Assembly: GCA_002167745.1 (NCBI GenBank)
Contig: NHCB01000003.1
Span: 16,377-80,376 of the forward strand
Direction: 5' to 3'
Source: Betaproteobacteria bacterium TMED22
GTDB taxonomy: Bacteria > Pseudomonadota > Gammaproteobacteria > Burkholderiales > Eutrophovitaceae
DNA length: 64,000 bases
The position numbers were made by a program, and so were the translations under genes. Shown here piece by piece: positions 28,081 through 38,793 of the stretch (its first letter is position 1; each line of letters begins with the position of its first letter). Below the pieces are notes generated by a model. It searched no databases and was not told the origin of the DNA. It saw nothing but the letters and a program-made list of their open reading frames with translations.

Positions 28081-29709
28081 ATGCATGAGTCATTTAATCT
28101 TGATCTAGAAAAAAACGAGGGCAACTACTCTCCGTTATCACCGACCTCTCTGATTTCATGGGCTTCAGATGTTTATCCCGATCGGTTGGCCGTTGTCTAT
28201 GGTGAGTGTAAACAGACGTGGCAGGAGACTTATACACGTTGTCGGCAATTTGCTTCTGCTTTGAGACAGCTAAAAGTAGGATACGGCGACACCGTAGCGA
28301 TAATGGCTCCAAATATTCCAGCTATGTTTGAGGCGCACTATGGCATTCCAATGTCGGGTGCTGTTATTAATGCGCTTAATACCCGTTTGGATGCGGGCGC
28401 AATTGCATTCATGTTAGAGCATGGTGGTGCTAAAGTTTTTTTTGTCGACCGTGAGTACCGAACGGTCGTTAATGAGGCATTGAAAAAACTAGAAAAAAAA
28501 CCGTATCTCGTTGATATTATCGATTCAAGTATGCCTGATATGGAGCCTATCGCAGAAGTCGAATACGAGAACTTTCTCAAGAGTGGGGACTCAGGGTTTA
28601 AATGGAGTTTGCCGAATGATGAGTGGGATGCTATCGCGTTATCTTATACCTCCGGAACTACGGGTGATCCAAAGGGTGTGGTAACGCATCATCGAGGTGC
28701 TTATTTAAACGCTTTAGGCAATGTGGTGACGTGGACTATGCCTTATTTTTCCAGGTATTTATGGACGCTTCCGATGTTTCATTGTAATGGTTGGTGTTTT
28801 CCTTGGACATTAGCAGCGGTTGCTGGGACTAGTATCTGCCTTCGTCGAATAGAGGCTCAGACTATTTTCCGCTTAATTCGAGACTACGATGTGACTCATA
28901 TGTGCGGCGCTCCGGTTGTTTATAACACGTTGCTTAATACCTCGGAAAGTGACCTCCAGATCGGTTTTTCACGAGTTAAAGGCATGATCGCTGGTGCTGC
29001 TCCTCCCAGGTCCGTTATTGAGGGTGCAGAAGTAATTGGTATTGATTTGACTCATGTTTACGGGCTGACTGAAGTATATGGTCCTGCGGCTGTTTGCGCC
29101 CAGCACCCGGAGTGGGAACAACTATCATTAGAGCAGCGCGCACAGAAAAATGGTCGACAAGGAGTGCGTTACGTTGTGCAGGACGGGATGGAGGTGTTGA
29201 ATGGTGAGACGATGCTGCCAGTTCCGAGAGACGGGAGAACTATGGGAGAGATTTGTTTTCGTGGAAATATAACAATGAAGGGATATCTCAAAAATCCCAA
29301 TGCGACAAATGAAGCGTTTGAGGGCGGTTGGTTTCGTACGGGGGATCTCGCTGTAATTGACGAGTTCGGATATGTGACAATCAAGGATCGATCGAAAGAC
29401 ATAATTATTTCGGGTGGTGAAAATATATCGACGATCGAAATAGAGGACGTTTTATATGAGGATGATCGAATACTTGAAGCAGCTGTTGTTGCGCAAAGTG
29501 ATGAGAAATGGGGTGAAGTCCCGTGTGCTTTTGTTACTTTGAAATCTAACGAGGTCGCTTTGATGGAGTCAGAAGTGATTGACTTTTGCAGAGAACGTCT
29601 TGCACGGTATAAGTGTCCTAAGCGTGTAGTGTTCGGCGTTTTGCCTAAAACGTCAACGGGTAAAATACAAAAGGCGATACTTAGAGATCGTCTTGAGCAA
29701 AACAAGTAG
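28081..29709 (+). CDS. AMP-dependent acyl-CoA synthetase
   Basis: YTSGTTGDPKGV, YGLTE, TGDLA and ISGGENIS motifs, and the C-terminal TSTGKIQK lysine. Confidence 0.88.
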   Translation: MHESFNLDLEKNEGNYSPLSPTSLISWASDVYPDRLAVVYGECKQTWQETYTRCRQFASALRQLKVGYGDTVAIMAPNIPAMFEAHYGIPMSGAVINALNTRLDAGAIAFMLEHGGAKVFFVDREYRTVVNEALKKLEKKPYLVDIIDSSMPDMEPIAEVEYENFLKSGDSGFKWSLPNDEWDAIALSYTSGTTGDPKGVVTHHRGAYLNALGNVVTWTMPYFSRYLWTLPMFHCNGWCFPWTLAAVAGTSICLRRIEAQTIFRLIRDYDVTHMCGAPVVYNTLLNTSESDLQIGFSRVKGMIAGAAPPRSVIEGAEVIGIDLTHVYGLTEVYGPAAVCAQHPEWEQLSLEQRAQKNGRQGVRYVVQDGMEVLNGETMLPVPRDGRTMGEICFRGNITMKGYLKNPNATNEAFEGGWFRTGDLAVIDEFGYVTIKDRSKDIIISGGENISTIEIEDVLYEDDRILEAAVVAQSDEKWGEVPCAFVTLKSNEVALMESEVIDFCRERLARYKCPKRVVFGVLPKTSTGKIQKAILRDRLEQNK

Positions 29710-29810
29710 ATTGGCTTAAGGGTTTAAATTTATGAGTGTCAGCCGAGACTCGAGTGGTGCGGTAGAATATGTCTTTATTTAATTTATGTTTTAGATAAGG
29801 TCAAAATTTA

Positions 29811-30560
29811 ATGAAGGTCATAGTCCCAGTAAAAAGAGTTGTTGACTACAACGTAAAAATTCGTGTTAAGGCAGATCAAAGCGGTGTTGAAACAGCAAAT
29901 GTCAAAATGTCGATGAATCCTTTTGACGAAATAGCGGTTGAAGAGGCCGTTCGTCTGAAAGAGGCAGGAGTGGTTAGCGAGATTGTAGCGGTATCAGTGG
30001 GAGCCACGGCCTGTCAGGAGACGCTAAGAACGGCATTAGCGCTCGGTGCGGATCGCGCAATTCACGTTGAAACAGATCATGAAACGCAACCATTGGGCGT
30101 TGCTAAAGTTCTAGAAAAAATCGCCTTAAACGAGCAGCCTAAGGCTGTCATTATGGGGAAGCAGGCTATTGATGATGACTTTAACCAAACAGGCCAAATG
30201 TTAGCCGCGAAACTCGGATGGTCGCAGGCAACCTTTGCTTCAAAAGTTGAAGTTGATGGAAGTGAGGCGTTGGTAACTAGAGAAATTGATGGTGGACTGG
30301 AGACACTTAAGGTGACGCTCCCTACCGTTATCACGACTGATCTTAGACTTAATGAACCAAGGTATGTGACGCTGCCCAATATTATGAAAGCTAAGAAAAA
30401 AGTGATAGATCAGGTATCGCCTGATTCACTAGGTGTTGATTTATCGCCAAGGCTTAAGACTATCAAAGTCACTGAGCCTGCGGAGAGGAGTGCAGGTCAA
30501 AAGGTCGATTCCATTGCGGATCTATTTGATAAATTAAAGAACGACGCTAAGGTGATTTGA
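29811..30560 (+). CDS. etfB: Electron transfer flavoprotein beta subunit
   Basis: [19 protein letters not shown]...[17 protein letters not shown]. Confidence 0.94.
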   Translation: MKVIVPVKRVVDYNVKIRVKADQSGVETANVKMSMNPFDEIAVEEAVRLKEAGVVSEIVAVSVGATACQETLRTALALGADRAIHVETDHETQPLGVAKVLEKIALNEQPKAVIMGKQAIDDDFNQTGQMLAAKLGWSQATFASKVEVDGSEALVTREIDGGLETLKVTLPTVITTDLRLNEPRYVTLPNIMKAKKKVIDQVSPDSLGVDLSPRLKTIKVTEPAERSAGQKVDSIADLFDKLKNDAKVI

Positions 30561-31489
30561 TGCCTATTTTAATTATTTCAGAACACGATAACGTTGCGGT
30601 TAAATCCGCAGTTCTCAACACTGTTGCTGCTGGACGAAAGTTAGGAGAAGAGGTCCATGTATTGGTTGCTGGTTTTGAATGTGACCAGGCCGCCAAAGCT
30701 GCATCTAATATTGAGGGCGTCACCAAAGTGGTAATGGCTGATAGTGAATGCTATCGGCATGGTTTGGCCGAAGAAGTAGCGAATGCAGTTGTTTCTATAG
30801 CTGCAGGTTACTCACATATCTTAGCCCCTGCGACTAGCTTTGGAAAAAATATCATGCCACGTGTGGCGGCACACCTTGATGTGGCTCAAATTTCAGATAT
30901 TGTTGAGGTTGTTAGCTCAGACACTTTTGTACGGCCGATATATGCCGGAAATGCACTAGCAACCGTAGTTTCAGCAGACGAAATTAAAGTGATAACGGTT
31001 CGAGCTACTGGTTTTGATAGCTGTGCAGATAACGGGGGTAGTGGTATTGTTGATTTAATCGACGCGCAGCCAGCTAAGGGACTCTCGTCACTAGTGAATC
31101 AAGAGTTGACTCAGTCGGCTCGGCCTGAATTAACCGCTGCGAAAGTTATTGTTTCCGGTGGCCGAGGAATGGGAAGCGCAGATAATTTTGCAATGCTCGA
31201 AGCTTTAGCGGATAAGCTCGGGGCCGCGGTTGGTGCCTCTCGGGCTGCTGTTGACTCGGGGTTTGTGCCAAATGATTATCAGGTGGGACAAACTGGGAAA
31301 ATTGTAGCGCCCGAACTCTACATTGCCGTAGGAATATCCGGAGCTATTCAGCATTTGGCAGGCATGAAGGACAGCAAAATTATCGTTGCGATAAATAAAG
31401 ACGAGGAAGCTCCTATCTTTCAAGTTGCCGATTATGGCTTCGTGGGAGATCTCTTTGAGGCCGTACCGCAGTTAACCGATTTGATATAG
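30560..31489 (+). CDS. etfA: Electron transfer flavoprotein alpha subunit
   Basis: [10 protein letters not shown] and [22 protein letters not shown] 30560 overlaps the etfB TGA; the track TTG at 30557 is one codon upstream. Confidence 0.94.
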   Translation: MPILIISEHDNVAVKSAVLNTVAAGRKLGEEVHVLVAGFECDQAAKAASNIEGVTKVVMADSECYRHGLAEEVANAVVSIAAGYSHILAPATSFGKNIMPRVAAHLDVAQISDIVEVVSSDTFVRPIYAGNALATVVSADEIKVITVRATGFDSCADNGGSGIVDLIDAQPAKGLSSLVNQELTQSARPELTAAKVIVSGGRGMGSADNFAMLEALADKLGAAVGASRAAVDSGFVPNDYQVGQTGKIVAPELYIAVGISGAIQHLAGMKDSKIIVAINKDEEAPIFQVADYGFVGDLFEAVPQLTDLI

Positions 31490-31523
31490 TAAATACGCAC
31501 GAAAAATCAGTAGAGGAATCGCA

Positions 31524-33320
31524 ATGTCTATATACCAAGCCCCTGCAGCTGACATGGAGTTTGTTGTTAATGAACTCGTAGGTCTAGAATCGACCCAGGC
31601 TCTTCCTGGAAACGAAGACGTTAATGCGGAGCTGGTTAGCTCGATAATTGAAGAGGCAGGAAAGTTTGCAACTGGGGTGTTGGATCCATTGAATTGGCCA
31701 GGAGATCGAGAGGGCGCGAAGTTGGATAATCACGTCGTTACTCCGGCTACCGGGTTTACTGATGCATATAAACAGTTCTCTGAAGGTGGTTGGGGAGGTC
31801 TCTCTGATGATCCGGATTGGGGTGGTCAGGGTTTGCCCCATATAATTTCAGCTCTCACATCTGAAATGTGGCATGCCGCGTGTACCTCTTTTGCTTTATG
31901 TCCGATGTTGACTGCCGGTGCTGTTCAGGCAGTTAAGCGGCATGCAACAGATGAGTTAAAAGATATTTTTCTAAGTAAATTGATTAGTGGTGAGTGGTCA
32001 GGGACGATGAACTTGACTGAGCCACAGGCAGGATCAGATCTATCGGCGGTTCGAGCGAAAGCAATCCCAGAGGGCGGTCATTATCGAATTTATGGGACTA
32101 AAATTTATATTACTTGGGGCGAACACACGATGGCGGATAATATCGTCCATCTTGTTCTTGCGCGGACCCCAGATGCGCCCGAAGGCGTTAAAGGTATTTC
32201 CTTATTCGTGGTTCCTAAGTATTTAGTGAATGATGATGGTTCGATAGGCAGGAGAAACGATGTTAAATGTGTATCGATTGAGGAGAAACTTGGCATCCAT
32301 GCCAGTCCTACGTGTGTTTTGGCATTTGGCGATGACGAGGGGGCGACGGGGTACTTAGTAGGCGCGGAAAACCGAGGACTCCAGTACATGTTTACGATGA
32401 TGAATTTTGCGCGTTTAGAGGTTGGGATTGAGGGCCTAGCGCTGGCCGAACGCTCTTATCAACGTGCGGCTGAATTTGCAAAAGGCCGTATCCAAGGACG
32501 CAGTATTGGCCAAGGTTCAGGAGAGCGCGTTTCAATTATCCATCATCCTGATGTCCGACGAATGCTGCTCACTATGAAATCTCAAGTTGAGGCAATGCGG
32601 TCAATTGTGCTCCAAACATGTTCCTATCTGGATCAAGCCTTGAAGCATGAGGACGAGGAGGAACGGGCCAGGTATCAAAGGATGTTCGATTTGCTTACGC
32701 CAGTAGTGAAAGGATGGTGTACAGAACAGTCGATCGAGATCACCTCTTTAGGTGTTCAAGTTCATGGAGGTATGGGTTTCGTTGAGGAAACCGGTGCTGC
32801 TCAGTATCTTCGTGATGCGAGAATTACTCCAATTTATGAGGGAACAACTGGTATCCAGGCAAACGATTTGATTGGTAGGAAAGTTGCTACAGAACGGGGA
32901 CTGACTGCGCTGGAATTGATCGGTTTGATGCGTGAAACAATCAACGACCTAAGTAAATTCAAAGGACATTCGGGTCTCGCGAAGATTCAAGATAAATTCA
33001 GCGAAGCGGTTACGTCGCTCGAGGAGTCGGTTAAATGGGTAGTTGATACTTATATGGACGATCCTGAAACAGCCTCTGCTGGATCGGTGCCGCTTCTTAA
33101 ACTGTTTGGAGTGGTTGCCGGGGGGTGGATGCTCGCGCGCTCTGCAATCATTGCAAAGCAGAGACTTGATAATGGGAGTGAAAACACGAAATTTTATCGG
33201 GGAAAACTTGCGACATGTCGTTTCTATTCTGAGAATATTCTTCCTGTTGCCAGTTTGCTTAATGAACAAATTGTCGGTGGTCACAAGACGATCGTAGCGC
33301 TCGATGAATCGTATTTTTAA
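31524..33320 (+). CDS. Long-form acyl-CoA dehydrogenase (about 598 aa, with a C-terminal helical extension)
   Basis: LTEPQAGSDL, KIYITWGEH, QVHGGMGFVEE and IYEGTTGIQANDL. Confidence 0.9.
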   Translation: MSIYQAPAADMEFVVNELVGLESTQALPGNEDVNAELVSSIIEEAGKFATGVLDPLNWPGDREGAKLDNHVVTPATGFTDAYKQFSEGGWGGLSDDPDWGGQGLPHIISALTSEMWHAACTSFALCPMLTAGAVQAVKRHATDELKDIFLSKLISGEWSGTMNLTEPQAGSDLSAVRAKAIPEGGHYRIYGTKIYITWGEHTMADNIVHLVLARTPDAPEGVKGISLFVVPKYLVNDDGSIGRRNDVKCVSIEEKLGIHASPTCVLAFGDDEGATGYLVGAENRGLQYMFTMMNFARLEVGIEGLALAERSYQRAAEFAKGRIQGRSIGQGSGERVSIIHHPDVRRMLLTMKSQVEAMRSIVLQTCSYLDQALKHEDEEERARYQRMFDLLTPVVKGWCTEQSIEITSLGVQVHGGMGFVEETGAAQYLRDARITPIYEGTTGIQANDLIGRKVATERGLTALELIGLMRETINDLSKFKGHSGLAKIQDKFSEAVTSLEESVKWVVDTYMDDPETASAGSVPLLKLFGVVAGGWMLARSAIIAKQRLDNGSENTKFYRGKLATCRFYSENILPVASLLNEQIVGGHKTIVALDESYF

Positions 33321-33718
33321 TGGATATTGATTCAGATAAGGTTCTGCCAACCGGGCGAGCACCAACGTTGCGTGTTGTACCCATGCCCTCCGATGCAAAT
33401 TATAGTGGCGATATATTCGGTGGGTGGATAATGTCGCAAGTTGATATTGCCGGAAGTATTCCAGCCGTCCTTATAGCAAAAGGAAGAATTGTTACGATTG
33501 CAGTGAACTCGTTTTTATTCAAGCAGCCAGTCCACATTGGAGACCTCGTTAGTTTTTACGCGTCAGTGTCTAAGGTTGGTAACACATCCATTACGGTAGA
33601 TGTTGAGGTTTATGCCCAAAGACGCTCTCTGGAAGCAACCGTCAAGGTTACCGATGCGACCCTCACATACGTGGCGGTGGACGAAGAGCGAAAGCCACGC
33701 TCCATTTTGAAGGTTTAA
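33320..33718 (+). CDS. YciA-type acyl-CoA thioesterase (hotdog fold)
   Basis: VVPMPSDANYSGDIFGGWIMSQVDIAG...IVTIAVNSFLFKQPVHIGDLV. TAATG overlap with the upstream ACAD gene. Confidence 0.8.
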   Translation: MDIDSDKVLPTGRAPTLRVVPMPSDANYSGDIFGGWIMSQVDIAGSIPAVLIAKGRIVTIAVNSFLFKQPVHIGDLVSFYASVSKVGNTSITVDVEVYAQRRSLEATVKVTDATLTYVAVDEERKPRSILKV

Positions 33719-33767
33719 GGGCCGTTTCTATTCTTGATTTTTGTTGATGATAATCGTTAGGTTGTGA

Positions 33768-35396
33768 TCACATATTCGGGTAGTTTGGTCCGCCTCCACC
33801 TTCAGGTGGGACCCAGTTTATGTTTTGAGTTGGATCCTTGATATCGCACGTTTTACAGTGAACACAGTTTTGTGCGTTGATCTGCAATTTAGGAATAGTC
33901 TCCTCCGTAATTATTTCGTAAACACCAGCCGGACAATAACGTTGTTCCGGCGCATCATACTCACTAAGGTTGATTTTAATCGGTGTCACATCATTTTTAA
34001 GTTGTAAGTGGCAAGTCTGATTTTCCTCATGATTTGTATTAGAAATAAAAACCGAGGTTAATCGATCAAATGTAAGCACTCCGTCCGGTTTCGGATAATC
34101 AATTTTTTTAGCTTTCCTAGACGGGATGAGTTGTTTATGGTCTTCGTGGTGTTTAAGTGTCCAGGGTGCTCTACCGCGAAGGACGTAAGTGTCAATTGCT
34201 GAGTAGATCATGCCCAACCAAAATCCCCACCTAAAAGAGGGTCTAATATTTCTGACTTGTTTTAATTCTGTCCAGAGCCATGAATTTGATAATCGGTGAC
34301 TGTAATCCAGCGTTCGCTTTGATTGTTTTGCGTTGATAGAAGTGTAGATTGATTCTGCAGCGACCATGCCAGATTTCATTGCAGTATGGGAGCCTTTAAT
34401 TTTGGGCACATTTAAGAATCCCGCCGAGTCTCCGATCAGAAGGCCGCCAGGAAATGATAGTCTAGGAATTGATTGGTAGCCTCCCTCTGAGATAGCTCTC
34501 GCGCCGTATGACACTCGTCGGCCACCCTCAAAAGTTTTACGAATATCTGGGTGAGTTTTAAATCGTTGGAATTCCTCAAATGGAGATAGGTATGGGTTTT
34601 TGTAGTCGAGCCCTATAACAAATCCTACTGCGACTTGATTATTCTCGAGATGGTACAAAAATGAGCCGCCATAAGTGGTTTGGTCGAGCGGCCACCCAGT
34701 TGAGTGTATAACCAATCCTTCTTCGTGCTGTTCTGGGGTGACTTCCCAAAGCTCTTTGATCCCGATGCCGTACGTTTGTGGCTGAACGCCTTTTCTAAGA
34801 TTAAATCGGTCTATGGCTACTTTGGTCAGCGACCCACGACATCCTTCAGCAAAAACAGTCTGTTTAGCATGAAGTTCTATACCTTGCTGATAGCTATCGG
34901 TGTGCTCCCCGTCTTTTCCAACTCCCATGTCTCCGGTGGCTATTCCTTTAACAGATCCGTCATCATGAAACAGTATCTCGGTGGCCGCGAAACCTGGATA
35001 GATTTCAACGCCCAGTGATTCTGCTTGTTCTCCGAGCCAGCGTACGACGTTACCTAAACTAACAATATAGTTGCCGTGATTATTCATGTAGGAAGGAGTC
35101 GGGAGAGAATAAGATTTCGATTTCGTTAAAAAAAGGAGCCGATCTTCAGTTACAGGAGTGTTTAATGGCGCTCCCAGTTTTTTCCAATCCGGTAAAAGTT
35201 CATTCAGGGCTCGTGTTTCAATTACTGCACCAGACAAAGTATGCGCTCCAACTTCTGAGCCTTTTTCTACGACACATACATTCAATTCTCTCCCGGAATC
35301 GCTCGCTAGTTGTTTCAGTTTGATTGCACACGCTAAACCTGAAGGTCCAGCGCCAATAATTACGACGTCGTACTCCATTGATTCTCGATCCGCCAA
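33768..35396 (-). CDS. Electron transfer flavoprotein-ubiquinone oxidoreductase
   Basis: [15 protein letters not shown] and the C-terminal CPAGVYE...[16 protein letters not shown]...[11 protein letters not shown]. Confidence 0.96.
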   Translation of the reverse strand: MADRESMEYDVVIIGAGPSGLACAIKLKQLASDSGRELNVCVVEKGSEVGAHTLSGAVIETRALNELLPDWKKLGAPLNTPVTEDRLLFLTKSKSYSLPTPSYMNNHGNYIVSLGNVVRWLGEQAESLGVEIYPGFAATEILFHDDGSVKGIATGDMGVGKDGEHTDSYQQGIELHAKQTVFAEGCRGSLTKVAIDRFNLRKGVQPQTYGIGIKELWEVTPEQHEEGLVIHSTGWPLDQTTYGGSFLYHLENNQVAVGFVIGLDYKNPYLSPFEEFQRFKTHPDIRKTFEGGRRVSYGARAISEGGYQSIPRLSFPGGLLIGDSAGFLNVPKIKGSHTAMKSGMVAAESIYTSINAKQSKRTLDYSHRLSNSWLWTELKQVRNIRPSFRWGFWLGMIYSAIDTYVLRGRAPWTLKHHEDHKQLIPSRKAKKIDYPKPDGVLTFDRLTSVFISNTNHEENQTCHLQLKNDVTPIKINLSEYDAPEQRYCPAGVYEIITEETIPKLQINAQNCVHCKTCDIKDPTQNINWVPPEGGGGPNYPNM

Positions 35397-35504
35397 TATC
35401 TACTCCTACTTTCTCAGGAATTACCCGTGTTAAGTCTGTTATATTCGTTGATACAAATGTTAATTCATTTAAACCATAATTTCAGCTAATTACGGACACA
35501 AATA

Positions 35505-35930
35505 ATGGACGTTAGTTTAAAAGATTCGATGCGATTAGTTCGAACTGATCGGATGAGTATGAGGTGGGGTGAGATGGATAGCCTTGCGCACATGAATAAT
35601 GTTGCCTATATGCGTTATTTCGAGGAGTCACGTGTGGCTTGGTTTAACGAACTGGAAATCGACTATGACGCGAGCTCTGAGGGCCCTATTCTTGGAACAA
35701 TCTCGTGTCGTTATATGAAGCCTGCAGTGTATCCAGTCACCTTTTTTGTAACGAGTTACGTAGGCGGGTTGGGTAATAGTAGTTTTGGGATGTATCACCA
35801 GCTGATCAATGTTAACGACGAATCAGAGATTTATGCAGAAGCTCAGGCAATTTTGGTGTGGGCCGATATTACTGTTGGAAAATCGCGGCCTGTGCCAGCA
35901 TGGTTTCGATCAGTAATTCAGGGTCAATAA
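35505..35930 (+). CDS. 4HBT/YbgC-family acyl-CoA thioesterase
   Basis: RWGEMDSLAHMNNVAYMRYFEESRVAWF is typical of the hotdog 4HBT class. Confidence 0.75.
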   Translation: MDVSLKDSMRLVRTDRMSMRWGEMDSLAHMNNVAYMRYFEESRVAWFNELEIDYDASSEGPILGTISCRYMKPAVYPVTFFVTSYVGGLGNSSFGMYHQLINVNDESEIYAEAQAILVWADITVGKSRPVPAWFRSVIQGQ

Positions 35931-36670
35931 CCAAAATTTTCACCACTTATGTCATGACTTGAGTCGCTCAATAAATAGAGATAAGTTGGCACCAGGGAGT
36001 CTATTGATCGTAAGTGGCCGCGGTCCTCCCCAGGGTGGGTTCTTGAGCGCATCGGTGAGTTAATAGGCCCGGGCGTCACTAGATTTATTCGATAGGATTT
36101 TTGACCATGCCATTCATTCGATTGTAATGTCGCGTAGGCGTTAAGAGCTGATTTGGAAATAGCGTAGCCGCTCCAGTATGCATCCAGTGATAATGCGTGA
36201 TTATCCGAGGTTAGCACGACTGAACCGTAACCGGATTCGGCGAAAAGCGGTTCACAGTTTTTTATCAAAAGTGCCGGGGCGATAACATTCACTCGAAATA
36301 ATTGTTCCCATGAGGTTAAGTCTAATTGGTTAATACGACCCAGTTCGGTTAGGTGGGTAGCGCAATGAACAACACCGTGAAGACTGCCGATACTTGATTT
36401 GACGATACCGCAGAGATTTATATATTCCGCTTCGGTTGCCTCAGCTAAATCGAGCTCTACGATGGCGGGCTCAGGATTCCCTTGAGATAAGATAGAGTCA
36501 TATATTTCATTCAGGGCAGTTAAGTTCCTACCGTTTAAAATAACTGTAGCTCCCATACCGGCGCAGGCAAGAGCTACAGAGCGTCCTATTCCGCCGGACG
36601 AGCCAGTCACTAATATGGTTTTACCCTCTAATGTTACTTCAGAATTTAGCGTTTCAATTGGCGTTTTCAT
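35924..36670 (-). CDS. Short-chain dehydrogenase/reductase (YciK-like)
   Basis: ILVTGSSGGIGRSVALACAGMGATVILNGRN and YAISKSAL (YxxxK). Confidence 0.85.
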   Translation of the reverse strand: MKTPIETLNSEVTLEGKTILVTGSSGGIGRSVALACAGMGATVILNGRNLTALNEIYDSILSQGNPEPAIVELDLAEATEAEYINLCGIVKSSIGSLHGVVHCATHLTELGRINQLDLTSWEQLFRVNVIAPALLIKNCEPLFAESGYGSVVLTSDNHALSLDAYWSGYAISKSALNAYATLQSNEWHGQKSYRINLVTPGPINSPMRSRTHPGEDRGHLRSIDSLVPTYLYLLSDSSHDISGENFGY

Positions 36671-37953
36671 GATGATTCTAGAATAATTTTTGAAGCCTTG
36701 ATGCCGCTTCGGACGGCGGCCTCGAGGGTGGCAGGATAGCGTTCATAGGTATAGTCTCCCGCGAGGATGATGCCGTTTACCTCTGTGATTTGTTTTGGTC
36801 TTTCTAATTGAGGTGAGCACGTAAAGGTGGCCCGTTTTTCAGCTAGGACTTTACTCCATAATGGACGACCAAATCCGAACCTATCATCAATGACCTTTGC
36901 AGACTCTTTTGATAGCTGTTCGTGAGTCAAACTTTGATGCTTGCCCGATCCGCTAATGACCACCCCGATTAAACCTGATTCATTGTGTGTTATTCCACGA
37001 TCGAAAACCCAATGCGCATAGGGCGAGTTAAGTCCGATCATTCGATGATTTGTTGAAGTATTCTCCGCATATTTGTGGTAAATCGTATAAACGGGCTCAT
37101 ATGTAAATTGATCAATTGTGGAAAGTGTCCCTTCTATTTTTGACGGGTCTTTAAATGTATTTCTTACATTGTGTGGCGCAGTTGCCACGATTATATGGGT
37201 AAAGTGCTCATTAGAACCACTCAAACTTAGCTGTTGGTTTGTGTCATGGTTAATAAGAGCTCTCTTTCCCAAGTAGATTTTTCCTTCATGTCTCTGAATG
37301 TATCGCTCAGCGAGCGATGCGAATAGAGAAGTTAAATCATTGGTCGGAAATATAAGATCACTGCTCTTCCCCGATCCAAGCAAGGCGTCCCCAATCACGT
37401 TAATAAATACTGAGGAACACCCTCGTGTGCAATCGACGTTGAGAGCAGACAAGCAGATTGGGTTCCATAACAGTTCGATTAGTGTCTTTGATTGTCGGTG
37501 GCGTTTCAGCAGGCGATACACTGTTTCTGAAGATCTAGGTATTATTTTACCCGTTTGAATATGACGCAAAAATTTAAGCGCTACAAATTTATTGGAGAGG
37601 CTTATGCCGCGCGCAAACAAAATCCCAAAAAGTTTTTCGGCGGGGAGTCTGACGCGCGGTTTGGTAATATTGAGAGGACCATATGAATAGTGGAATGGTT
37701 GTCGATCTATATTGGGCGGATCGTTTGGTGTTCTTATCTGGTTTAGGATGGACAATGTTGACGAATAAGCTCCAGACAGGAGATGTATGCCATTGTCTAC
37801 TGTTGTGTTGTTAACGGTTAATTTTCGTGCCCGACCCCCTAACGTGTGTGAAGCCTCGAAAATCGAAGCGCTGGCTCCTGACTGTACGAGTTTTATGCCG
37901 GCAGTGAGTCCAGCCCAGCCAGCACCTACAATACCTACGTTTATCGAGCGCAT
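36667..37953 (-). CDS. hpnE: Hydroxysqualene dehydroxylase (squalene-associated FAD-dependent desaturase) HpnE
   Basis: VGIVGAGWAGLTAG...FEASHTLGGRAR amine-oxidase fold, directly downstream of hpnC-hpnD. Confidence 0.8.
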   Translation of the reverse strand: MRSINVGIVGAGWAGLTAGIKLVQSGASASIFEASHTLGGRARKLTVNNTTVDNGIHLLSGAYSSTLSILNQIRTPNDPPNIDRQPFHYSYGPLNITKPRVRLPAEKLFGILFARGISLSNKFVALKFLRHIQTGKIIPRSSETVYRLLKRHRQSKTLIELLWNPICLSALNVDCTRGCSSVFINVIGDALLGSGKSSDLIFPTNDLTSLFASLAERYIQRHEGKIYLGKRALINHDTNQQLSLSGSNEHFTHIIVATAPHNVRNTFKDPSKIEGTLSTIDQFTYEPVYTIYHKYAENTSTNHRMIGLNSPYAHWVFDRGITHNESGLIGVVISGSGKHQSLTHEQLSKESAKVIDDRFGFGRPLWSKVLAEKRATFTCSPQLERPKQITEVNGIILAGDYTYERYPATLEAAVRSGIKASKIILESS

Positions 37954-37956
37954 CAG

Positions 37957-38793
37957 TTATGGGTTGGACCAAACTCTCCACGCAATCCAAAGTTTGTAGA
38001 TTGGTGTCAACGATTGTCTTTTTATGAATGAACGAGATGGTTTTGAGGCGATCTTGCCAAGCAATTTACGGTATATAGCACTCATGATTAAACCGGTTTT
38101 TTGAGATTCTCGATCATCAGTATGTAAATTACTGTGAGCAGAATCAAAAAGGTCGTGAGCGATATTTGCCTGATTGACAATTAGATTGTCGAAAGCTTTT
38201 GTACCCACTGAGCCCCGAAGATTTTCTCGTTTAATTTCTACTTTATCCAGTTCTTCGAGCGGAATGTATATTCTGCCGCGTGAGAGATCCTCTTTGACAT
38301 CACGAAGAATATTCGTTAACTGAAGTGCGAGCCCTAATTTCTCAGCGTAGATTAGTGTTGATGAATGCGAGTATCCAAAAATATTTGCTGATAGCACGCC
38401 AACTGCGCTGGCGGCTCGGTAGCAGTATTGATTCAACTGATCCATTGTTTCGTAATTTCTTTGCTCAAGATCCATCAGCATGCCCTCTATAATAAGCTCG
38501 AAATATTTTTGCTCTAGGTTGAACGGTTGAATGAAGTTTTGAAGTGCGAGAGTCACAGGATGTTGAGATGTGCCCGCCCACATTTTTTCGATCTCTTCAG
38601 CCCACCAACTTAATTTCGATCGAGCAACGTATTCATCCATGGTGCCGTCTACAATGTCGTCAACTTCTCGACAAAACGCATAAAGCGCTGTAATCGCGTT
38701 ACGTTTGTTTTTATCGAGAAACAAGAAGCTGTAGTAAAAACTTGATCCACTCTGTGCTGTTTTTTGTGCGCAGTATTCTTGAGGCTTCATCAC
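37957..38793 (-). CDS. hpnD: Presqualene diphosphate synthase HpnD
   Basis: SSFYYSF, YAFCREVDDIVD, NILRDVKEDLSRGRIYIP (squalene/phytoene synthase family). Confidence 0.85.
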   Translation of the reverse strand: MMKPQEYCAQKTAQSGSSFYYSFLFLDKNKRNAITALYAFCREVDDIVDGTMDEYVARSKLSWWAEEIEKMWAGTSQHPVTLALQNFIQPFNLEQKYFELIIEGMLMDLEQRNYETMDQLNQYCYRAASAVGVLSANIFGYSHSSTLIYAEKLGLALQLTNILRDVKEDLSRGRIYIPLEELDKVEIKRENLRGSVGTKAFDNLIVNQANIAHDLFDSAHSNLHTDDRESQKTGLIMSAIYRKLLGKIASKPSRSFIKRQSLTPIYKLWIAWRVWSNP